Shown here: positions 1 to 8,900 of the stretch, piece after piece
Position numbering within the stretch: the stretch's first letter is position 1
Layout of the letters: each line of letters opens with the position of its first letter
Source of the DNA: Hormoscilla sp.
GTDB lineage: Bacteria > Cyanobacteriota > Cyanobacteriia > Cyanobacteriales > Desertifilaceae
Assembly (NCBI GenBank): GCA_051439505.1
Contig: JBFRWI010000228.1
Location: 32,001 to 96,000 of the forward strand
Direction: 5' to 3'
Length of the DNA: 64,000 nucleotides
Notes under the pieces: generated by a model
Seen by the model: the letters and a program-made list of their open reading frames with translations, nothing else
The model's database searches: none
Told to the model about the DNA's origin: nothing
Program-made: the position numbers and the translations under genes

Positions 1-3000
1 CCAGTCTTTGGATGGATGATAAAATTAGCGTGGGTCTTTTCTTCATTTTTCCAGTAGCCTTTGGCTAGTCCCACGCCTCCGATGTAGAGTTGCCCCGATA
101 CCCAAGTGGGACAGAGTTCTAGTGTTTTATTGTACAGGTAGAACTGTTGATTGGTCATGGGCCGACCATAGGGAATACTCGTCCAGGTTTGCTCTACCCT
201 GTCGATGGGATAGAGAATCGACCAGATCGAGACCTCAGTTGCTCCGCCAAGGCTGATGATCTGGACCCTGTCAATCAAAGTTTGAATTTGAGGGGGTAAG
301 GTCAGCGGGATCCAATCTCCACTCAGCATTACCAATCGCAAGGAGGAGGGAGAAATCTGGGTGGAGGTTGCCTGTTCTACCAGTAGCTGCATCAAGGCCG
401 GGACGGAGTTCCAAACCGTAACCTGGTGTTGTTGAATGAGATTCAACCAGTGCGAAGGTTCTTTGGTTCCTGAAGCATCGGGAAGAACAATTGTTCCGCC
501 AGCGGCTAGGGTGCCAAAGATATCGTAAACTGACAGGTCAAAGCTAAGGGAAGAAAGAGCTAGCACCTTGTCTTTGGGTCCAACACCAAAGCGTTGGTTA
601 ACGTCAACAATAGTATTGACTGCCCCGCGATGGTCAATCATCACTCCTTTCGGCAAACCAGTGGATCCGGAAGTATAGATGACATAAGCTAAATCTTCTG
701 CTTGCTGCACGGATTCTGAGAATTGGATCTCCTCAGCATTGGCTTTTCTGGCAGTATCTACGTCAATTCTTTGCACATCCTCTGGCCACTCCAAAGCTTC
801 CTCAAGCCAGGATTGGGTCAGTACCAGTTGCACTTCACTTTGCCTCAGTAGCTGCCAACGACGCTCTTGAGGAAGCGCGGGATCGATGGGAACATAAGCA
901 GCACCCGCCATGAGAATAGCTAGAACTCCAACCACTTGCTCCCATCCCTTTTCCATCACCACAGCGACCAACTGGTTAGGACATGCTCCTAGCTGTCGCA
1001 GTTGACCGTTGAGCTGATGTGCTCGCAGATGCAGGTCTTGATAGGTCAGAGTCGCTGTTGATGAGACAACAGCGGGTTGCTCTGGTCGTTTTGATACCTG
1101 GGTGATAAACAAGGTGTGGAGTAACTTCTCCTCCCTCGGTGCATAGGTAGCATTGATGAAGGCTTGTTGCTTTAATTGGGCAAGGGGAACCAATTGGGGT
1201 GATATCTCTTGCCAGGTCTGTGCCGATGAAGCTAGCCGATGGAGAAAATGGAGATAGGAATCAAACATATCCTCTACTAACCCTGTCGGGAACAGCTCCT
1301 TCACAAAATCCCAGTTCACAACCACAGTCCCATCCATATCCTCAAAAACCTGATGATCCAGGAAGACTTGGGGGGTTAGGAGGCTGCCATAGACCCAATT
1401 CAACTCCAAAGAATTCGCTACCTGATCTTGGCTTCGAGGGGTGTCGTTGACCAGAAAACTAGAGAAGACAATTGGCATTGCTGCTCTAGAAGGATTACTC
1501 TGCGCTCGGTTGAGTTCTCGCATGACTTGAACACCACTGACAAGATTGTGTTCCAGGTCATCAGAGAGTTGTTGTTGAAGCCGCTTGGCTTTGACTTCAA
1601 AGGGGACCGCCATTGAGTTGTCAACCTCTAGCAATATGGTGGAGCTAAAGTTGCCTAGGATCTGGTTAACTTGAGGATGTAATGGCAGGCGATTGAAATA
1701 CAGGATGTTAATGGCAAAGTGAGAGCGCTGACCCCATACGGTTAACATCTCGGCATAAGCTGTGCAGAATAGAGTAGAGGGGGTTAGACCCGCTTGATTA
1801 GCTCTGGTTTTCAGCTGAAGCCATGTTTCTCTGTCCAATTTGCTACTCAAGCGAGCAAATCTATGCTGTGCTATTGTTTCAGGCTGTTTAGCTAGCGGCA
1901 ACTCTGGGGCAGGCGGTAGTGTAGGTATCCGGCTTTGCCAATAGTCAAGGTCTCGCTGGAATCGTGTTGAGTTTTGCCAAGTCTCCTTAGCTAAGACGTA
2001 ATCTCGGAATGAAAGCACTAGGGACGGCAGGGGCGCTTGGGGATTTTCGTAGAGTTTAAGCAATTCTCGGATTAGGATACGTGAGCTCCAGCCATCGAAC
2101 AGCAATAGATCCCGGCTGAAGTGAAGTCGAACTGCACGATCGGAGATCAGAGTTACCCGTAACTCAAACAATGGCCATTGGTTGGCCTGAAACTTTCGCT
2201 GGGACATCTGCTGACGAATACTTTCTATCTGCGCAGTGATAGCTTTCCACTCCTGTCCCCGCAAGTCCAGGAGCCGAATTTCGTAAAAATCGACCTGTTT
2301 AAGAACCTGCTGCTGACCGTCAGGCAACACCACGGTCCGCAGCGTGTCATGACGCTCAATTAATTTCTGCCAAACCCAGTTCAACCGTTCTAGGTTTAAA
2401 TCTGGGCTTTCAAACTCCATATAAGAAATACTTGCGACACTCAGCGCAAAGCCGCCCATTCGTCCAATCCAGTAGGCCTGCTGTATATCGTAGAGAGGAA
2501 AAGGTTGGTAGCGTTGCTCGGGTGCAGGAATAATTTCTGGTAGTAGAGTAATTGCATCAGCCTTGTCCCCTTCAGCCTCCTCCTGGATTGCCTCAATGGA
2601 CTTTGCTAAACTTGCTACAGTTGGTGACTCGAACAAGCAACGCACAGACAGTTCCACAGAAAGAGCGTCCCGCACCTGGGAGATGATTTGAGGAATAAGT
2701 AGGGAATGTCCCCCGAGTTCAAAGAGGCTATCGTGGATCCCAACTTGTTCTAACCCCAACACCTCAGCCCACAGAGCAGCCAATACCTGTTCCGTGGGGG
2801 TACTGGGCGGAACAAAGTTAGCGGACTGCCAGAGACTGAGCGTGTCGGGTGCAGGCAAGCTACGTCGGTCTACTTTACCGTTAGGCGTTAAGGGGATTTT
2901 TTCCAGAAACACCATGCCTGCTGGCATCATGTATTCAGGCAGCTTCTGCCGGAGGAAAAAGCGTAGGGTGTTGGGAGTTAATTGCTCCTGATTGGTGACT

Positions 3001-5834
3001 ATATAAGCAACGAGATTTTTGTCACCGGGGTGGGGGTAGTCGGTCTGAGCTAGGACTAGGGCCTTTTGCACGTCTGGATGGTGTTCTAACGCAGTCTCAA
3101 TCTCCCCAGGTTCAATGCGGACTCCTCGGATTTTGACCTGATGATCCAGACGGCCCAGAATTTCTAGAGAGCCATCCGAACGATAGCGTCCGCGATCGCC
3201 TGTCAGGTAGATCAAATCTTTCTCGTCGTTCCGAAAAGGATTCTTGACAAACCGCTGGTTCTCTTCTTCAGAAGCATTGATATACCCTAAACTTCTGAAG
3301 AAAGTCCGCACGGCAATTTCCCCCGGTTCGCCTACCCCACACAATCGACGATCGGAGCCTAACACCAGGGCTTGAGTGTCGGGTAGGGGAAAGCCGATCG
3401 GCTGTATTCCTGAAGAACTCTCGATCGGCACTCGGTAGTAGCACTTTGCCAGGGTTGTCTCTGTGGGGCCATAAAGATTAACAATGTTACCGCCTTCTGA
3501 GAACGCCTTGCGCCAGCGACGTACCAGGACTTCACTGAGGGGCTCTCCAGCAAAAAATACCCAGCGTAAAGAGCATAGAGAGAGATCGGGAGGCACATTG
3601 GCTAACCACGATTGGACCAGAGTAGGAACTGTGTGGAGCACCGAAATCCGTTGATGCTCCAACCAGGGTAAAATGCAAGTCGGTGAGAGAGTATCCTCCA
3701 GAGCTGGTAAACAAAGGGTGGCCCCACTGGTCAAAGGGAGGAAGATATCTCTGAGAACGACATCAAAAGAGAGTCCTGTCAGTTGGGCACAACGATCGTG
3801 GGGTCCAATGGCAAAGGTCTTTTGCTGCCAGTTGAGAAAGTGAGATAGCCCTTTGTGACACCCTAATACCCCCTTAGGAACACCTGTGGTCCCGGAAGTA
3901 AAGAATATGTAAGCAGCATCATTAGGGGAAATCAGGGGGAGGGAGTGAGGAAGAGGGAACGGGGAGAGCATTCCCCTCCCTTGGCCAGTGTCTGGGTCGA
4001 TGAGAATGATTTCGAGATCCTCCCATAGACCTTCATGCTCTGGCAGCTGCCCACCAATGTACAATAAGCGTTGAGCTTTGGCTTCCGAGAGCATGAGTTG
4101 CTGCCGCTGGGGGGGTAGGTTTGGATCGAGTGTCAGGAGAACACCACCACAACTGAGCACACCTAGCATACTGACAATCAACCCGAAGCTGCGTAGACCT
4201 GATATGGCAACAACCTCTCCCGGTTTAACTCCAAGAGTAACGAGAGTCTGGGCTAGGGTCTGAGCACTTTGGGCGAGTTCGCTATATGTCCAGGATTGCT
4301 CTCCTTGACACAGGGCTGTTTGGTGGGGAGTACCCTTGGCCCAAGTCCTGAATAACGTGGGAACTGGTTCATAGTAGGGTTCCTGTAGAGGCGCACTGGG
4401 GTCAGGCAGGAATCCTTGGGAAACTGATGTTACTAGAGAGTAGTCCTGGATAGGGCGATCTGGGGTGGCAATAATTTGCTCCAGCAGATATTGAAATTGC
4501 TGCAAAAAACAGGCCATAAATTCCGCTGAAAATAGAGCCTGCTGATACACCAACTCCAAACTTAATTGCCCTGAGTCTTCTCTCACATAGAGGGTTATGG
4601 CAAATTTTGACTGAGGATCCGTTTGCTCAAGGAGGAGAGTAAGGGTGAGTCCTGATAGCTCAATATCCTTCTTGGGAGTATTGACGAAATTGAGCATGAC
4701 ATCGAAGATCGGGTTCCGGCTCAAATCTCGTTCTGGCTGTAGGACTTCAACTAGTTTTTCAAAAGGCAAGTCTTGATGAGCATAGGCTTCTAAGGTTATT
4801 TCCCGAACCCGACTGAGCAATTCCCGAAAACTGGGGTTGCCGGAAAGATTTGTTCGGATTGCCAGGGAATTCAGGAATAACCCAATCAGTTCTTCGGTTT
4901 CTCTCTGATGGCGACCAGCGATAGGGGTTCCGACGATGATGTCTTCTTGTCCGCAATAGCGAGACAGCAATATCTGAAAGGCTGCCAGGAGGGTCATGAA
5001 CGGGGTAGCTTCTTCCTCCCTGCTCAGGCGTTTCATAGCCTCCGTTAGAGGCTGAGGCAGCACCAGGAGTAGCCTCGCTCCCTGGAAAGTTTGTTCGGCT
5101 GGTCGAGGGTAAGTGGTGAGAAGTTCCAGGACAGGAGCACTAGCTAGTTGCTGCTTCCAGTAAGTCAGCTGCACGTTCAGAATTTCTCCCTGCAACCACT
5201 GTCGTTGCCAATGGACGAAGTCTGCATACTGAATGGACAGCTCAGGTAACGGTGAAGGCTGACCGGTAGAGAAGGCTTCGTAAAGCGCCCCGAGTTCCTT
5301 GACGAGCACTTTCATAGACCAACCATCGCTGATGATATGGTGCATTGTTAGCAGCAGCACATGCTCCCCTTCGGTCAGTTGTAGCAGGGTAACTCGCAGT
5401 AAGGCTCCATGGGTCAAGTCGAAGGGTTTTTCGGCTTCCTCAGTCGCCAACCGTTGAATTTCCTTAGACTGCTCAATTTCTAGCAACTGCCGCAAGTCCA
5501 CCACTGGTAGCGTCAAAGTGAGGCTGGGAGCAATGATCTGGAAGGGTTGGCCATTGACAGTTGCAAAGGTGGTTCGCAAGGTTTCATGGCGCCTCACGAT
5601 CTCATTGAAACTCTGTTCCAGCGCGACCAGGTTGAGGAGACCTCTCAGATGAACTGCTACAGGGATGTTGTAAGAGGGATTGCCAGACTCCAACCGATCT
5701 AGAAACCACAATCTTTGCTGAGCAAAGGAGAGAGGAAAAGAGTTAAACTCACTCCCTTCTTCCTCAAGTAACTTCTCAAGAAGCTCTCTTTTTTCTGGAG
5801 AGAGCATAGCAATCCGTTCAGAATAATCATTCAT
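1..5834 (-). CDS. NRPS, partial (runs off left edge): C-A-PCP-Cy(heterocyclisation)-A(Cys-like)
   Basis: Absent from the ORF track (no stop in window); key segments translated by hand. ATG at 5834 (MNDYSERIAMLSPEKRELL), FPLSFAQQRLWFL, HHIISDGWS, FTSGTTGVPKG, NLYGPTE, LGGHSLL (PCP), FPLYDIQQAYWIGR and DLLLFDGWS (Cy DxxxxD), then YTSGSTGLPKG, FDLSVYDIFG, SLGGATEVSIWS. Confidence 0.93.
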   Translation of the reverse strand, partial: MNDYSERIAMLSPEKRELLEKLLEEEGSEFNSFPLSFAQQRLWFLDRLESGNPSYNIPVAVHLRGLLNLVALEQSFNEIVRRHETLRTTFATVNGQPFQIIAPSLTLTLPVVDLRQLLEIEQSKEIQRLATEEAEKPFDLTHGALLRVTLLQLTEGEHVLLLTMHHIISDGWSMKVLVKELGALYEAFSTGQPSPLPELSIQYADFVHWQRQWLQGEILNVQLTYWKQQLASAPVLELLTTYPRPAEQTFQGARLLLVLPQPLTEAMKRLSREEEATPFMTLLAAFQILLSRYCGQEDIIVGTPIAGRHQRETEELIGLFLNSLAIRTNLSGNPSFRELLSRVREITLEAYAHQDLPFEKLVEVLQPERDLSRNPIFDVMLNFVNTPKKDIELSGLTLTLLLEQTDPQSKFAITLYVREDSGQLSLELVYQQALFSAEFMACFLQQFQYLLEQIIATPDRPIQDYSLVTSVSQGFLPDPSAPLQEPYYEPVPTLFRTWAKGTPHQTALCQGEQSWTYSELAQSAQTLAQTLVTLGVKPGEVVAISGLRSFGLIVSMLGVLSCGGVLLTLDPNLPPQRQQLMLSEAKAQRLLYIGGQLPEHEGLWEDLEIILIDPDTGQGRGMLSPFPLPHSLPLISPNDAAYIFFTSGTTGVPKGVLGCHKGLSHFLNWQQKTFAIGPHDRCAQLTGLSFDVVLRDIFLPLTSGATLCLPALEDTLSPTCILPWLEHQRISVLHTVPTLVQSWLANVPPDLSLCSLRWVFFAGEPLSEVLVRRWRKAFSEGGNIVNLYGPTETTLAKCYYRVPIESSSGIQPIGFPLPDTQALVLGSDRRLCGVGEPGEIAVRTFFRSLGYINASEEENQRFVKNPFRNDEKDLIYLTGDRGRYRSDGSLEILGRLDHQVKIRGVRIEPGEIETALEHHPDVQKALVLAQTDYPHPGDKNLVAYIVTNQEQLTPNTLRFFLRQKLPEYMMPAGMVFLEKIPLTPNGKVDRRSLPAPDTLSLWQSANFVPPSTPTEQVLAALWAEVLGLEQVGIHDSLFELGGHSLLIPQIISQVRDALSVELSVRCLFESPTVASLAKSIEAIQEEAEGDKADAITLLPEIIPAPEQRYQPFPLYDIQQAYWIGRMGGFALSVASISYMEFESPDLNLERLNWVWQKLIERHDTLRTVVLPDGQQQVLKQVDFYEIRLLDLRGQEWKAITAQIESIRQQMSQRKFQANQWPLFELRVTLISDRAVRLHFSRDLLLFDGWSSRILIRELLKLYENPQAPLPSLVLSFRDYVLAKETWQNSTRFQRDLDYWQSRIPTLPPAPELPLAKQPETIAQHRFARLSSKLDRETWLQLKTRANQAGLTPSTLFCTAYAEMLTVWGQRSHFAINILYFNRLPLHPQVNQILGNFSSTILLEVDNSMAVPFEVKAKRLQQQLSDDLEHNLVSGVQVMRELNRAQSNPSRAAMPIVFSSFLVNDTPRSQDQVANSLELNWVYGSLLTPQVFLDHQVFEDMDGTVVVNWDFVKELFPTGLVEDMFDSYLHFLHRLASSAQTWQEISPQLVPLAQLKQQAFINATYAPREEKLLHTLFITQVSKRPEQPAVVSSTATLTYQDLHLRAHQLNGQLRQLGACPNQLVAVVMEKGWEQVVGVLAILMAGAAYVPIDPALPQERRWQLLRQSEVQLVLTQSWLEEALEWPEDVQRIDVDTARKANAEEIQFSESVQQAEDLAYVIYTSGSTGLPKGVMIDHRGAVNTIVDVNQRFGVGPKDKVLALSSLSFDLSVYDIFGTLAAGGTIVLPDASGTKEPSHWLNLIQQHQVTVWNSVPALMQLLVEQATSTQISPSSLRLVMLSGDWIPLTLPPQIQTLIDRVQIISLGGATEVSIWSILYPIDRVEQTWTSIPYGRPMTNQQFYLYNKTLELCPTWVSGQLYIGGVGLAKGYWKNEEKTHANFIIHPKT

Positions 5835-5881
5835 CGTTGTCAAGTTCCTAAGTTCCTCAATTGGCATATCTATCTATGACT

Positions 5882-5978
5882 GGCTACCAACTTAATACGG
5901 GACAAATCCGCCTCAGTGATTGGCATCTGTGGGCTGGAAGCCTTGCAAAGTGGGCTATCCCGGCTTAAGTTTGCAGCC
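5882..5978. mobile_element. MITE-like element (~97 bp) between the two NRPS genes
   Basis: Imperfect ~23-bp terminal inverted repeats (ggctaccaacttaatacgggaca / tatcccggcttaagtttgcagcc). Flanking direct repeat ctatgact (5874-5881) / ctatgacc (5979-5986). Related partial copy at 11389. Confidence 0.75.
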
Positions 5979-5989
5979 CTATGACCCTG

Positions 5990-8900
5990 CTATTCACTCT
6001 TTTCTCCACGCAGGATATTTTTGGCCTCGTTGTCTGAAAGTTGTTCCAGCTTTGCTAAGAGTTGATCGAAATTTTTAGTTCCTCGGGATACAGCTTGAAT
6101 CTTTGTCATATTTCCACCTTTCTGTATAGCTTGACTTTTTTCAATTACCAAAGCCTGGGCAGCTACTGTAGGGGCTTCAAATATCTCCCGCAAGGGTAGC
6201 TCCACCTGAAAGGCTTCGCGCACCCGAGAGAGCACTTGGGTGACTAGTAGAGAGTATCCTCCCAGCTTGAAGAAGTTGTCGTGAATGCCCACCCTCTCTA
6301 TACCCAGGACTTCAGCCCAGATTCGGGCTATCTCCTCCTCGACCGGAGTACGAGGTGCTACAAATATCCCTTCGAGCTCGGACTGACTTGCTCGATCGGG
6401 GACAGGCAGAGCTCGGCGGTCTATCTTCCCGTTGGGGGTCAGTGGCATTACCTCCAGACTTACAAAAGCAGTGGGTACCATGTAGTCCGGAAGCTTTTTC
6501 TTGAGGAAGGGGCGTAGTTCACTGGGAGGGAGACCTCGTGAAGGGTTCGATGGAACGACGTAGGCGACAATGCGCTTGTCGTCTGCTCGGTCTTCCCGGA
6601 CAATCACAATGGCATCCCTCACCTCGGGGTGCTGACCCAATAAAGCTTCAACTTCTCCGAGTTCGATACGAAAACCACGAATCTTCACCTGATGATCGAT
6701 CCGGCCCAGAAACTCAATGTTGCCATCTGGAAGATAGCGGGCGAGATCGCCAGTTTTATACAGGCGTGCTCCAGGTTTGTCAATAAAGGGATTAGAGATA
6801 AATTTTTCCTGAGTCAATTCTGGGCGGTTCAGATAGCCCCGTGCCAGACCAGCGCCACCAATGTGCAGTTCGCCTATAACGCCAATGGGGACGGGTTGGA
6901 GATAGTCATCCAAAATGTAGATTTGTGTGTTGGTAATTGGGCGGCCAATAGTTGGGTGCCTACGGTATCCTTTCTCTACTAGGGCAAACGTGGAGTAGGT
7001 GGTGTCTTCAGAAGGTCCGTAAAGATTGAAAACCTGCCCGATCGTATCCTTCTGATAAAGCTGCTGTACTAGCCGATTTTGAAGTGGTTCACCGGCCAAG
7101 TTTACCGTACACGCCGAGGTAGGTATACCATTAATTCTCAATAACTCAGCGATTGCGGAGGGAACAGTATTGATCAGGGTGACATACTGAGCTGCCGATA
7201 AGGTAATCAGGTGCAACGTATTCTCGGCGAGAATAGTCTTTCCGCCCCAACTCAGAGGGACAAACAGCTCAAAGACCGAGAGGTCAAAACAAATAGAGGT
7301 TGAAGCCAAAACACCAGCCAGTTGTTCGGTAGTAAAGACCCCTCGGGCCCAATGACACAGGGCAACTGTACTTTGATGTTGGATCGCCACTCCTTTAGGC
7401 TTGCCTGTGGAGCCAGAGGTGTAGAGAGTGTAGGCCAAGTTTGTTGGCTCAACGTCACTGACAGGATTCCCTTCAGGTTTCCAAGCGATCGCCTCCCAGT
7501 CTGCATCTAAACAGACTACCTTTGCCCAATGCTCAGGCAACTCGGACACCAACTTCTGTTGGGTCAACAGCACTGGCACCTGGGAATCAGACAGCATGAA
7601 GGCTAAGCGCTCTTTTGGATAAGCTGGGTCCAATGGTACATACGCCCCACCCGCCTTGAGAATGCCAAGCAACCCCACCACCATCTCTAGGGAGCGTTCC
7701 ATGCAAATGCCCACTAACACTTCCGGTCCGACCCCTAGGATTTGCAGATGGTGTGCCAGTTGATTGGCTCTGGCGTTCAGCTCCCGGTAGGTCCACTGCT
7801 GGTTTTCAAAGACGACTGCAACGGCTTCTGGAATCCGCTCCACCTGAGCTTCAAACAGTTGATGAATACATCGATTTTGCGGATAGGCAACTGGAGGGTT
7901 GTTCCACTCAACCAACAACTGGTGGCGCTCAGGAGAGGTCAGCAGGGGTAACGTTGAAACTTGCTGCTGGGGATTGACGACAATTGCATCTAGTAACGTC
8001 TGAAAATGCCCTACCATCCGGTGAATGGTGGCTGCCTCAAACAGCTCCGTGTTATACACAAACGACGCCGCTATCCCGCCATCCCTCTCAGCCGTCCTTA
8101 GGGTCAGGTCGAACTGAGCGACTCGCTGCTCTAGAGCCCAAGACTCTAATTCCAGTTCCCCCAGATTTAGCCGCGCTCCCGATTCCCCTAATGCCAACTG
8201 GGTCAGGCCCTGTTCATCGAGCAAATGGGCCTTGTGCAAGATGAACATGACTTGGAATAACGGTGAGCGACTCAGATCCCGAACTGGCTGTAGTCCCTCG
8301 ACCAAGAGGGCAAAGGGGTAGTCCTGATGCTTAAAGGCTTCCAGCACGGAGGAACGTACCCGATCCAAAAACACCTCAAAGCTCGGATTTCCTGATAGAT
8401 CTGCTCGCAGAATTACTGGATTGACGAAGTAGCCCACTAACCCAGCTAACTCGGCCCGATTTCTGCCTGCTGTAGGGGATCCAACCAGAATATCTTCTTG
8501 ACCTGTGTAGCGGTGGAGCAGTACCTGAAAGGCAGCTAGCAGGGTCATGTAAAGGGTTGCTCTATGGTCACGACCTAGAGCTTTAAGCTTCTGGGTCAAC
8601 TCCATGCTGAGCTTGAAAGGCACAGAAGCCCCTCGATAGGTTTGGACTGGTGGTCGAGGTCGGTCTGTGGGGAGATTCAGCACGGGTAACTCCCCTGCCA
8701 ACTGCTTGTGCCAGTAAGCCCATAGCCGTTCTCCTTCTGGACTTGCCAACCTCTTTGATTGCCAGTAGGCATAATCCGTGTATTGGAGTGCTAATGGCTC
8801 CAGAGCAGGGGTTCCCCCCGTCTTTTCTGCCTGATATAAAATGCTCAGCTCCTTCACCAACACGGCTAGAGACCAGAAGTCAACCACGATGTGGTGCATT

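Noticed and set aside
1199..4956. Short ORF-track calls inside the left NRPS
   Set aside because: Shadow or alternate frames of the long minus-strand NRPS that the track missed.
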